Shown here piece after piece: positions 41,501-56,200 of a stretch of 64,000 nucleotides of DNA. The DNA comes from Auanema rhodensis (Eukaryota; Animalia; Nematoda), in NCBI GenBank assembly GCA_964057225.1, contig CAXKVF010000072.1, forward strand, positions 867,073-931,072, read 5' to 3'. Both the position numbers and the translations under genes were made by a program. The notes beneath the pieces are model-generated. The model saw only the letters and a program-made list of their open reading frames with translations. It had not been told where the DNA came from and made no database searches. The first letter of the stretch is position 1; each line of letters starts with the position of its first letter.

Positions 41501-44500
41501 TCACGTAAATTTCAAAGTCATGGTTACCATGAACCAATATCAATAAAAATTTGTTTTTAGACTAATATGGACATGGGGAATCTAATTTTGAAAACCGCAT
41601 CTCTTTATCTTTCACGTGAAGCGAGTTACATACCAAGTGCACATCACGTGTACATTTAATTAGCATAAATTAAAGTTCACGTAAATTTCAAAGTCATGGT
41701 TACCATGAAGCAATATCAATAAAAATTTGTTTTTAGACTAATATGGACATGGGGATTCTAATTTTGAAAACCGCATCTCTTTATCTTTCACGTGAAGCGA
41801 GTTACATACCAAGTGCACATCACGTGTACATTTAATTAGCATAAATTAAAGTTCACGTAAATTTCAAAGTCATGGTTACCATGAACTAATATCAATAAAA
41901 ATTTGTTTTTAGACTAATATGGACATGGGGAATCTAATTTTGAAAACCGCATCTCTTTATCTTTCACGTGAAGCGAGTTACATACCAAGTGCACATCACG
42001 TGTACATTTAATTAGCATAAATTAAAGTTCACGTAAATTTCAAAGTCATGGTTACCATGAACCAATATCAATAAAAATTTGTTTTTAGACTAATATGGAC
42101 ATGGGGAATCTAATTTTGGAAACCGCATCTCTTTATCTTTCACGTGAAGCGAGTTACATACCAAGTGCACATCACGTGTACATTTAATTAGCATAAATTA
42201 AAGTTCACGTAAATTTCAAAGTCATGGTTACCATTAACCAATATCAATAAAAATTTGTTTTTAGACTAATATGGACATGGGGAATCTAATTTTGAAAACC
42301 GCATCTCTTTATCTTTCACGTGAAGCGAGTTACATACCAAGTGCACATCACGTGTACATTTAATTAGCATAAATTAAAGTTCACGTAAATTTCAAAGTCA
42401 TGGTTACCATGCACCAATATCAATAAAAATTTGTTTTTAGACTAATATGGACATGGGGAATCTAATTTTGAAAACCGCATCTCTTTATCTTTCACGTGAA
42501 GCGAGTTACATACCAAGTGCACATCACGTGTACATTTAATTAGCATAAATTAAAGTTCACGTAAATTTCAAAGTCATGGTTACCATGAACCAATATCAAT
42601 AAAAATTTGTTTTTAGACTAATATGGACATGGGGAATCTAATTTTGAAAACCGCATCTCTTCATCTTTCACGTGAAGCGAGTTACATACCAAGTGCACAT
42701 CACGTGTACATTTAATTAGCATAAATTAAAGTTCACGTAAATTTCAAAGTCATGGTTACCATGAACTAATATCAATAAAAATTTGTTTTTAGACTAATAT
42801 GGACATGGGGAATCTAATTTTGAAAACCGCATCTCTTTATCTTTCACGTGAAGCGAGTTACATACCAAGTGCACATCACGTGTACATTTAATTAGCATAA
42901 ATTAAAGTTCACGTAAATTTCAAAGTCATGGTTACCATGAAGCAATATCAATAAAAATTTGTTTTTAGACTAATATGGACATGGGGATTCTAATTTTGAA
43001 AACCGCATCTCTTTATCTTTCACGTGAAGCGAGTTACATACCAAGTGCACATCACGTGTACATTTAATTAGCATAAATTAAAGTTCACGTAAATTTCAAA
43101 GTCATGGTTACCATGAACTAATATCAATAAAAATTTGTTTTTAGACTAATATGGACATGGGGAATCTAATTTTGAAAACCGCATCTCTTTATCTTTCACG
43201 TGAAGCGAGTTACATACCAAGTGCACATCACGTGTACATTTAATTAGCATAAATTAAAGTTCACGTAAATTTCAAAGTCATGGTTACCATGAACCAATAT
43301 CAATAAAAATTTGTTTTTAGACTAATATGGACATGGGGAATCTAATTTTGAAAACCGCATCTCTTTATCTTTCACGTGAAGCGAGTTACATACCAAGTGC
43401 ACATCACGTGTACATTTAATTAGCATAAATTAAAGTTCACGTAAATTTCAAAGTCATGGTTACCATTAACCAATATCAATAAAAATTTGTTTTTAGACTA
43501 ATATGGACATGGGGAATCTAATTTTGAAAACCGCATCTCTTCATCTTTCACGTGAAGCGAGTTACATACCAAGTGCACATCACGTGTACATTTAATTAGC
43601 ATAAATTAAAGTTCACGTAAATTTCAAAGTCATGGTTACCATGAACTAATATCAATAAAAATTTGTTTTTAGACTAATATGGACATGGGGAATCTAATTT
43701 TGAAAACCGCATCTCTTTATCTTTCACGTGAAGCGAGTTACATACCAAGTGCACATCACGTGTACATTTAATTAGCATAAATTAAAGTTCACGTAAATTT
43801 CAAAGTCATGGTTACCATGAACCAATATCAATAAAAATTTGTTTTTAGACTAATATGGACATGGGGATTCTAATTTTGAAAACCGCATCTCTTTATCTTT
43901 CACGTGAAGCGAGTTACATACCAAGTGCACATCACGTGTACATTTAATTAGCATAAATTAAAGTTCACGTAAATTTCAAAGTCATGGTTACCATGAACTA
44001 ATATCAATAAAAATTTGTTTTTAGACTAATATGGACATGGGGAATCTAATTTTGAAAACCGCATCTCTTTATCTTTCACGTGAAGCGAGTTACATACCAA
44101 GTGCACATCACGTGTACATTTAATTAGCATAAATTAAAGTTCACGTAAATTTCAAAGTCATGGTTACCATGAACCAATATCAATAAAAATTTGTTTTTAG
44201 ACTAATATGGACATGGGGATTCTAATTTTGAAAACCGCATCTCTTTATCTTTCACGTGAAGCGAGTTACATACCAAGTGCACATCACGTGTACATTTAAT
44301 TAGCATAAATTAAAGTTCACGTAAATTTCAAAGTCATGGTTACCATGAACTAATATCAATAAAAATTTGTTTTTAGACTAATATGGACATGGGGAATCTA
44401 ATTTTGAAAACCGCATCTCTTTATCTTTCACGTGAAGCGAGTTACATACCAAGTGCACATCACGTGTACATTTAATTAGCATAAATCAAAGTTCACGTAA

Positions 44501-47500
44501 ATTTCAAAGTCATGGTTACCATGAACCAATATCAATAAAAATTTGTTTTTAGACTAATATGGACATGGGGAATCTAATTTTGAAAACCGCATCTCTTTAT
44601 CTTTCACGTGAAGCGAGTTACATACCAAGTGCACATCACGTGTACATTTAATTAGCATAAATTAAAGTTCACGTAAATTTCAAAGTCATGGTTACCATTA
44701 ACCAATATCAATAAAAATTTGTTTTTAGACTAATATGGACATGGGGAATCTAATTTTGAAAACCGCATCTCTTCATCTTTCACGTGAAGCGAGTTACATA
44801 CCAAGTGCACATCACGTGTACATTTAATTAGCATAAATTAAAGTTCACGTAAATTTCAAAGTCATGGTTACCATGAACTAATATCAATAAAAATTTGTTT
44901 TTAGACTAATATGGACATGGGGAATCTAATTTTGAAAACCGCATCTCTTTATCTTTCACGTGAAGCGAGTTACATACCAAGTGCACATCACGTGTACATT
45001 TAATTAGCATAAATTAAAGTTCACGTAAATTTCAAAGTCATGGTTACCATGAACCAATATCAATAAAAATTTGTTTTTAGACTAATATGGACATGGGGAA
45101 TCTAATTTTGAAAACCGCATCTCTTTATCTTTCACGTGAAGCGAGTTACATACCAAGTGCACATCACGTGTACATTTAATTAGCATAAATTAAAGTTCAC
45201 GTAAATTTCAAAGTCATGGTTACCATGAACTAATATCAATAAAAATTTGTTTTTAGACTAATATGGACATGGGGAATCTAATTTTGAAAACCGCATCTCT
45301 TTATCTTTCACGTGAAGCGAGTTACATACCAAGTGCACATCACGTGTACATTTAATTAGCATAAATCAAAGTTCACGTAAATTTCAAAGTCATGGTTACC
45401 ATGAACCAATATCAATAAAAATTTGTTTTTAGACTAATATGGACATGGGGAATCTAATTTTGAAAACCGCATCTCTTTATCTTTCACGTGAAGCGAGTTA
45501 CATACCAAGTGCACATCACGTGTACATTTAATTAGCATAAATTAAAGTTCACGTAAATTTCAAAGTCATGGTTACCATGAACCAATATTAATAAAAATTT
45601 GTTTTTAGACTAATATGGACATGGGGATTCTAATTTTGAAAACCGCACCTCTTTATCTTTCACGTGAAGCGAGTTACATACCAAGTGCACATCACGTGTA
45701 CATTTAATTAGCATAAATTAAAGTTCACGTAAATTTCAAAGTCATGGTTACCATGAACCAATATCAATAAAAATTTGTTTTTAGACTAATATGGACATGG
45801 GGATTCTAATTTTGAAAACCGCATCTCTTTATCTTTCACGTGAAGCAAGTTACATACCAAGTGCACATCACGTGTACATTTAATTAGCATAAATTAAAGT
45901 TCACGTAAATTTCAAAGTCATGGTTACCATGAACCAATATCAATAAAAATTTGTTTTTAGACTAATATGGACATGGGGAATCTAATTTTGAAAACCGCAT
46001 CTCTTTATCTTTCACGTGAAGCGAGTTACATACCAAGTGCACATCACGTGTACATTTAATTAGCATAAATTAAAGTTCACGTAAATTTCAAAGTCATGGT
46101 TACCATGAACCAATATTAATAAAAATTTGTTTTTAGACTAATATGGACATGGGGATTCTAATTTTGAAAACCGCACCTCTTTATCTTTCACGTGAAGCGA
46201 GTTACATACCAAGTGCACATCACGTGTACATTTAATTAGCATAAATTAAAGTTCACGTAAATTTCAAAGTCATGGTTACCATGAACCAATATCAATAAAA
46301 ATTTGTTTTTAGACTAATATGGACATGGGGATTCTAATTTTGAAAACCGCATCTCTTTATCTTTCACGTGAAGCGAGTTACATACCAAGTGCACATCACG
46401 TGTACATTTAATTAGCATAAATTAAAGTTCACGTAAATTTCAAAGTCATGGTTACCATGAACTAATATCAATAAAAATTTGTTTTTAGACTAATATGGAC
46501 ATGGGGAATCTAATTTTGAAAACCGCATCTTTTTATCTTTCACGTGAAGCGAGTTACATACCAAGTGCACATCACGTGTACATTTAATTAGCATAAATTA
46601 AAGTTCACGTAAATTTCAAAGTCATGGTTACCATGAACCAATATCAATAAAAATTTGTTTTTAGACTAATATGGACATGGGGAATCTAATTTTGAAAACC
46701 GCATCTCTTTATCTTTCACGTGAAACGAGTTACATACCAAGTGCACATCACGTGTACATTTAATTAGCATAAATTAAAGTTCACGTAAATTTCAAAGTCA
46801 TGGTTACCATGAACCAATATCAATAAAAATTTGTTTTTAGACTAATATGGACATGGGGATTCTAATTTTGAAAACCGCACCTCTTTATCTTTCACGTGAA
46901 GCGAGTTACATACCAAGTGCACATCACGTGTACATTTAATTAGCATAAATTAAAGTTCACGTAAATTTCAAAGTCATGGTTACCATGAAGCAATATCAAT
47001 AAAAATTTGTTTTTAGACTAATATGGACATGGGGAATCTAATTTTGAAAACCGCATCTCTTTATCTTTCACGTGAAGCGAGTTACATACCAAGTGCACAT
47101 CACGTGTACATTTAATTAGCATAAATTAAAGTTCACGTAAATTTCAAAGTCATGGTTACCATGAACCAATATCAATAAAAATTTGTTTTTAGACTAATAT
47201 GGACATGGGGAATCTAATTTTGAAAACCGCATCTCTTTATCTTTCACGTGAAGCGAGTTACATACCAAGTGCACATCACGTGTACATTTAATTAGCATAA
47301 ATTAAAGTTCACGTAAATTTCAAAGTCATGGTTACCATGAAGCAATATCAATAAAAATTTGTTTTTAGACTAATATGGACATGGGGAATCTAATTTTGAA
47401 AACCGCATCTCTTTATCTTTCACGTGAAGCGAGTTACATACCAAGTGCACATCACGTGTACATTTAATTAGCATTAATTAAAGTTCACGTAAATTTCAAA

Positions 47501-50299
47501 GTCATGGTTACCATGAACCAATATCAATAAAAATTTGTTTTTAGACTAATATGGACATGGGGAATCTAATTTTGAAAACCGCATCTCTTTAGCTTTCACG
47601 TGAAGCGAGTTACATACCAAGTGCACATCACGTGTACATTTAATTAGCATAAATTAAAGTTCACGTAAATTTCAAAGTCATGGTTACCATGAAGCAATAT
47701 CAATAAAAATTTGTTTTTAGACTAATATGGACATGGGGAATCTAATTTTGAAAACCGCATCTCTTTATCTTTCACGTGAAGCGAGTTACATACCAAGTGC
47801 ACATCACGTGTACATTTAATTAGCATAAATTAAAGTTCACGTAAATTTCAAAGTCATGGTTACCATGAACCAATATCAATAAAAATTTGTTTTTAGACTA
47901 ATATGGACTAGGGGAATCTAATTTTGAAAACCGCATCTCTTTATCTTTCACGTGAAGCGAGTTACATACCAAGTGCACATCACGTGTACATTTAATTAGC
48001 ATAAATTGAAGTTCACGTAAATTTCAAAGTCATGGTTACCATGCACCAATATCAATAAAAATTTGTTTTTAGACTAATATGGACATGGGGAATCTAATTT
48101 TGAAAACCGCATCTCTTTATCTTTCACGTGAAGCGAGTTACATACCAAGTGCACATCACGTGTACATTTAATTAGCATAAATTAAAGTTCACGTAAATTT
48201 CAAAGTCATGGTTACCATGAACCAATATCAATAAAAATTTGTTTTGAGACTAATATGGACATGGGGAATCTAATTTTGAAAACCGCATCTCTTTATCTTT
48301 CACGTGAAGCGAGTTACATACCAAGTGCACATCACGTGTACATTTAATTAGCATAAATTAAAGTTCACGTAAATTTCAAAGTCATGGTTACCATGCACCA
48401 ATATCAATAAAAATTTGTTTTTAGACTAATATGGACATGGGGAATCTAATTTTGAAAACCGCATCTCTTTATCTTTCACGTGAAGCGAGTTACATACCAA
48501 GTGCACATCACGTGTACATTTAATTAGCATAAATTAAAGTTCACGTAAATTTCAAAGTCATGGTTACCATGAAGCAATATCAATAAAAATTTGTTTTTAG
48601 ACTAATATGGACATGGGGAATCTAATTTTGAAAACCGCATCTCTTTATCTTTCACGTGAAGCGAGTTACATACCAAGTGCACATCACGTGTACATTTAAT
48701 TAGCATAAATTAAAGTTCACGTAAATTTCAAAGTCATGGTTACCATGAAGCAATATCAATAAAAATTTGTTTTTAGACTAATATGGACATGGGGAATCTA
48801 ATTTTGAAAACCGCATCTCTTTATCTTTCACGTGAAGCGAGTTACATACCAAGTGCACATCACGTGTACATTTAATTAGCATAAATTAAAGTTCACGTAA
48901 ATTTCAAAGTCATGGTTACCATGAAGTAATATCAATAAAAATTTGTTTTTAGACTAATATGGACATGGGGAATCTAATTTTGAAAACCGCATCTTTTTAT
49001 CTTTCACGTGAAGCGAGTTACATACCAAGTGCACATCACGTGTACATTTAATTAGCATAAATTAAAGTTCACGTAAATTTCAAAGTCATGGTTACCATGC
49101 ACCAATATCAATAAAAATTTGTTTTTAGACTAATATGGACATGGGGAATCTAATTTTGAAAACCGCATCTCTTTATCTTTCACGTGAAGCGAGTTACATA
49201 CCAAGTGCACATCACGTGTACATTTAATTAGCATAAATTAAAGTTCACGTAAATTTCAAAGTCATGGTTACCATGAAGCAATATCAATAAAAATTTGTTT
49301 TTAGACTAATATGGACATGGGGAATCTAATTTTGAAAACCGCATCTCTTTATCTTTCACGTGAAGCGAGTTACATACCAAGTGCACATCACGTGTACATT
49401 TAATTAGCATAAATTAAAGTTCACGTAAAATTCAAAGTCATGGTTACCATGAACCAATATCAATAAAAATTTGTTTTTAGACTAATATGGACATGGGGAA
49501 TCTAATTTTGAAAACCGCATCTCTTTATCTTTCACGTGAAGCGAGTTACATACCAAGTGCACATCACGTGTACATTTAATTAGCATAAATTAAAGTTCAC
49601 GTAAATTTCAAAGTCATGGTTACCATGAAGCAATATCAATAAAAATTTGTTTTTAGACTAATATGGACATGGGGAATCTAATTTTGAAAACCGCATCTCT
49701 TTATCTTTCACGTGAAGCGAGTTACATACCAAGTGCACATCACGTGTACATTTAATTAGCATAAATTAAAGTTCACGTAAATTTCAAAGTCATGGTTACC
49801 ATGAAGCAATATCAATAAAAATTTGTTTTTAGACTAATATGGACATGGGGAATCTAATTTTGAAAACCGCATCTCTTTATCTTTCACGTGAAGCGAGTTA
49901 CATACCAAGTGCACATCACGTGTACATTTAATTAGCATAAATTAAAGTTCACGTAAATTTCAAAGTCATGGTTACCATGAAGCAATATCAATAAAAATTT
50001 GTTTTTAGACTAATATGGACATGGGGAATCTAATTTTGAAAACCGCATCTCTTTATCTTTCACGTGAAGCGAGTTACATACCAAGTGCACATCACGTGTA
50101 CATTTAATTAGCATAAATTAAAGTTCACGTAAATTTCAAAGTCATGGTTACCATGAACCAATATCAATAAAAATTTGTTTTTAGACTGATATGGACATGG
50201 GGAATCTAATTTTGAAAACCGCATTTCTTTATCTTTCACGTGAAGCGAGTTACATACCAAGTGCACATCACGTGTACATTTAATTAGCATAAATTAAAG

Positions 50300-53200
50300 T
50301 TCACGTAAAATTCAAAGTCATGGTTACCATGAACCAATATCAATAAAAATTTGTTTTTAGACTAATATGGACATGGGGAATCTAATTTTGAAAACCGCAT
50401 CTCTTTATCTTTCACGTGAAGCGAGTTACATACCAAGTGCACATCACGTGTACATTTAATTAGCATAAATTAAAGTTCACGTAAATTTCAAAGTCATGGT
50501 TGCCATGAAGCAATATCAATAAAAATTTGTTTTTAGACTAATATGGACATGGGGAATCTAATTTTGAAAACCGCATCTCTTTATCTTTCACGTGAAGCGA
50601 GTTACATACCAAGTGCACATCACGTGTACATTTAATTAGCATGAATTAAAGTTCACGTAAATTTCAAAGTCATGGTTACCATGAACCAATATCAATAAAA
50701 ATTTGTTTTTAGACTAATATGGACATGGGGAATCTAATTTTGAAAACCGCATCTCTTTATCTTTCACGTGAAGCGAGTTACATACCAAGTGCACATCACG
50801 TGTACATTTAATTAGCATAAATTAAAGTTCACGTAAATTTCAAAGTCATGGTTACCATGAACCAATATCAATAAAAATTTGTTTTTAGACTAATATGGAC
50901 ATGGGGAATCTAATTTTGAAAACCGCATCTCTTTATCTTTCACGTGAAGCGAGTTACATACCAAGTGCACATCACGTGTACATTTAATTAGCATAAATTA
51001 AAGTTCACGTAAATTTCAAAGTCATGGTTACCATGCACCAATATCAATAAAAATTTGTTTTTAGACTAATATGGACATGGGGAATCTAATTTTGAAAACC
51101 GCATCTCTTTATCTTTCACGTGAAGCGAGTTACATACCAAGTGCACATCACGTGTACATTTAATTAGCATAAATTAAAGTTCACGTAAATTTCAAAGTCA
51201 TGGTTACCATGCACCAATATCAATAAAAATTTGTTTTTAGACTAATATGGACATGGGGAATCTAATTTTGAAAACCGCATCTCTTTATCTTTCACGTGAA
51301 GCGAGTTACATACCAAGTGCACATCACGTGTACATTTAATTAGCATAAATTAAAGTTCACGTAAATTTCAAAGTCATGGTTACCATGAAGCAATATCAAT
51401 AAAAATTTGTTTTTAGACTAATATGGACATGAGGAATCTAATTTTGAAAACCGCATCTCTTTATCTTTCACGTGAAGCGAGTTACATACCAAGTGCACAT
51501 CACGTGTACATTTAATTAGCATAAATTAAAGTTCACGTAAATTTCAAAGTCATGGTTACCATGAACCAATATCAATAAAAATTTGTTTTTAGACTAATAT
51601 GGACATGGGGAATCTAATTTTGAAAACCGCATCTCTTTATCTTTCACGTGAAGCGAGTTACATACCAAGTGCACATCACGTGTACATTTAATTAGCATAA
51701 ATTAAAGTTCACGTAAATTTCAAAGTCATGGTTACCATGAAGCAATATCAATAAAAATTTGTTTTTAGACTAATATGGACATGGGGAATCTAATTTTGAA
51801 AACCGCATCTCTTTATCTTTCACGTGAAGCGAGTTACATACCAAGTGCACATCACGTGTACATTTAATTAGCATAAATTAAAGTTCACGTAAAATTCAAA
51901 GTCATGGTTACCATGAACCAATATCAATAAAAATTTGTTTTTAGACTAATATGGACATGGGAAATCTAATTTTGAGAACCGCATCTCTTTATCTTTCACG
52001 TGAAGCGAGTTACATACCAAGTGCACATCACGTGTACATTTAATTAGCATAAATTAAAGTTCACGTAAATTTCAAAGTCATGGTTGCCATGAAGCAATAT
52101 CAATAAAAATTTGTTTTTAGACTAATATGGACATGGGGAATCTAATTTTGAAAACCGCATCTCTTTATCTTTCACGTGAAGCGAGTTACATACCAAGTGC
52201 ACATCACGTGTACATTTAATTAGCATGAATTAAAGTTCACGTAAATTTCAAAGTCATGGTTACCATGAACCAATATCAATAAAAATTTGTTTTTAGACTA
52301 ATATGGACATGGGGAATCTAATTTTGAAAACCGCATCTCTTTATCTTTCACGTGAAGCGAGTTACATACCAAGTGCACATCACGTGTACATTTAATTAGC
52401 ATAAATTAAAGTTCACGTAAATTTCAAAGTCATGGTTACCATGAACCAATATCAATAAAAATTTGTTTTTAGACTAATATGGACATGGGGAATCTAATTT
52501 TGAAAACCGCATCTCTTTATCTTTCACGTGAAGCGAGTTACATACCAAGTGCACATCACGTGTACATTTAATTAGCATAAATTAAAGTTCACGTAAATTT
52601 CAAAGTCATGGTTACCATGCACCAATATCAATAAAAATTTGTTTTTAGACTAATATGGACATGGGGAATCTAATTTTGAAAACCGCATCTCTTTATCTTT
52701 CACGTGAAGCGAGTTACATACCAAGTGCACATCACGTGTACATTTAATTAGCATAAATTAAAGTTCACGTAAATTTCAAAGTCATGGTTACCATGCACCA
52801 ATATCAATAAAAATTTGTTTTTAGACTAATATGGACATGGGGAATCTAATTTTGAAAACCGCATCTCTTTATCTTTCACGTGAAGCGAGTTACATACCAA
52901 GTGCACATCACGTGTACATTTAATTAGCATAAATTAAAGTTCACGTAAATTTCAAAGTCATGGTTACCATGAACCAATATCAATAAAAATTTGTTTTTAG
53001 ACTAATATGGACATGGGGAATCTAATTTTGAAAACCGCATCTCTTTATCTTTCACGTGAAGCGAGTTACATACCAAGTGCACATCACGTGTACATTTAAT
53101 TAGCATAAATTAAAGTTCACGTAAATTTCAAAGTCATGGTTACCATGAAGCAATATCAATAAAAATTTGTTTTTAGACTAATATGGACATGGGGAATCTA

Positions 53201-56200
53201 ATTTTGAAAACCGCATCTCTTTATCTTTCACGTGAAGCGAGTTACATACCAAGTGCACATCACGTGTACATTTAATTAGCATAAATTAAAGTTCACGTAA
53301 ATTTCAAAGTCATGGTTACCATGAAGCAATATCAATAAAAATTTGTTTTTAGACTAATATGGACATGGGGAATCTAATTTTGAAAACCGCATTTCTTTAT
53401 CTTTCACGTGAAGCGAGTTACATACCAAGTGCACATCACGTGTACATTTAATTAGCATAAATTAAAGTTCACGTAAATTTCAAAGTCATGGTTACCATGA
53501 ACCAATATCAAAAAAAATTAGTTTTTAGACTAATATGGACATGGGGAATCTAATTTTGAAAACCGCATTTCTTTATCTTTCACGTGAAGCGAGTTACATA
53601 CCAAGTGCACATCACGTGTACATTTAATTAGCATAAATTAAAGTTCACGTAAATTTCAAAGTCATGGTTACCATGAAGCAATATCAATAAAAATTTGTTT
53701 TTAGACTAATATGGACATGGGGAATATAATTTTGAAAACCGCATCTCTTTATCTTTCACGTGAAGCGAGTTACATACCAAGTGCACATCACGTGTACATT
53801 TAATTAGCATAAATTAAAGTTCACGTAAATTTCAAAGTCATGGTTGCCATTAAGCAATATCAATAAAAATTTGTTTTTAGACTAATATGGACATGGGGAA
53901 TCTAATTTTGAAAACCGCATCTCTTTATCTTTCACGTGAAGCGAGTTACATACCAAGTGCACATCACGTGTACATTTAATTAGCATGAATTAAAGTTCAC
54001 GTAAATTTCAAAGTCATGGTTACCATGAACCAATATCAATAAAAATTTGTTTTTAGACTAATATGGACATGGGGAATCTAATTTTGAAAACCGCATCTCT
54101 TTATCTTTCACGTGAAGCGAGTTACATACCAAGTGCACATCACGTGTACATTTAATTAGCATAAATTAAAGTTCACGTAAATTTCAAAGTCATGGTTACC
54201 ATGAACCAATATCAATAAAAATTTGTTTTTAGACTAATATGGACATGGGGAATCTAATTTTGAAAACCGCATCTCTTTATCTTTCACGTGAAGCGAGTTA
54301 CATACCAAGTGCACATCACGTGTACATTTAATTAGCATAAATTAAAGTTCACGTAAATTTCAAAGTCATGGTTACCATGCACCAATATCAATAAAAATTT
54401 GTTTTTAGACTAATATGGACATGGGGAATCTAATTTTGAAAACCGCATCTCTTTATCTTTCACGTGAAGCGAGTTACATACCAAGTGCACATCACGTGTA
54501 CATTTAATTAGCATAAATTAAAGTTCACGTAAATTTCAAAGTCATGGTTACCATGCACCAATATCAATAAAAATTTGTTTTTAGACTAATATGGACATGG
54601 GGAATCTAATTTTGAAAACCGCATCTCTTTATCTTTCACGTGAAGCGAGTTACATACCAAGTGCACATCACGTGTACATTTAATTAGCATAAATTAAAGT
54701 TCACGTAAATTTCAAAGTCATGGTTACCATGAAGCAATATCAATAAAAATTTGTTTTTAGACTAATATGGACATGAGGAATCTAATTTTGAAAACCGCAT
54801 CTCTTTATCTTTCACGTGAAGCGAGTTACATACCAAGTGCACATCACGTGTACATTTAATTAGCATAAATTAAAGTTCACGTAAATTTCAAAGTCATGGT
54901 TACCATGAACCAATATCAATAAAAATTTGTTTTTAGACTAATATGGACATGGGGAATCTAATTTTGAAAACCGCATCTCTTTATCTTTCACGTGAAGCGA
55001 GTTACATACCAAGTGCACATCACGTGTACATTTAATTAGCATAAATTAAAGTTCACGTAAATTTCAAAGTCATGGTTACCATGAAGCAATATCAATAAAA
55101 ATTTGTTTTTAGACTAATATGGACATGGGGAATCTAATTTTGAAAACCGCATCTCTTTATCTTTCACGTGAAGCGAGTTACATACCAAGTGCACATCACG
55201 TGTACATTTAATTAGCATAAATTAAAGTTCACGTAAATTTCAAAGTCATGGTTACCATGAAGCAATATCAATAAAAATTTGTTTTTAGACTAATATGGAC
55301 ATGGGGAATCTAATTTTGAAAACCGCATTTCTTTATCTTTCACGTGAAGCGAGTTACATACCAAGTGCACATCACGTGTACATTTAATTAGCATAAATTA
55401 AAGTTCACGTAAATTTCAAAGTCATGGTTACCATGAACCAATATCAATAAAAATTAGTTTTTAGACTAATATGGACATGGGGAATCTAATTTTGAAAACC
55501 GCATTTCTTTATCTTTCACGTGAAGCGAGTTACATACCAAGTGCACATCACGTGTACATTTAATTAGCATAAATTAAAGTTCACGTAAATTTCAAAGTCA
55601 TGGTTACCATGAAGCAATATCAATAAAAATTTGTTTTTAGACTAATATGGACATGGGGAATATAATTTTGAAAACCGCATCTCTTTATCTTTCACGTGAA
55701 GCGAGTTACATACCAAGTGCACATCACGTGTACATTTAATTAGCATAAATTAAAGTTCACGTAAATTTCAAAGTCATGGTTACCATGAAGCAATATCAAT
55801 AAAAATTTGTTTTTAGACTAATATGGACATGGGGAATATAATTTTGAAAACCGCATCTCTTTATCTTTCACGTGAAGCGAGTTACATACCAAGTGCACAT
55901 CACGTGTACATTTAATTAGCATGAATTAAAGTTCACGTAAATTTCAAAGTCATGGTTACCATGCACCAATATCAATAAAAATTTGTTTTTAGACTAATAT
56001 GGACATGGGGAATCTAATTTTGAAAACCGCATCTCTTTATCTTTCACGTGAAGCGAGTTACATACCAAGTGCACATCACGTGTACATTTAATTAGCATAA
56101 ATTAAAGTTCACGTAAATTTCAAAGTCATGGTTACCATGAAGCAATATCAATAAAAATTTGTTTTTAGACTAATATGGACATGGGGAATCTAATTTTGAA

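Noticed and set aside
50108-50290. 60-aa ORF with a K->Q difference
   Set aside because: An independent A->G at 50188 removes the same stop (TAG->CAG). Only 3 of 363 monomers are open, as expected from random substitution, and 176 is not a multiple of 3, so no repeat protein can be encoded.
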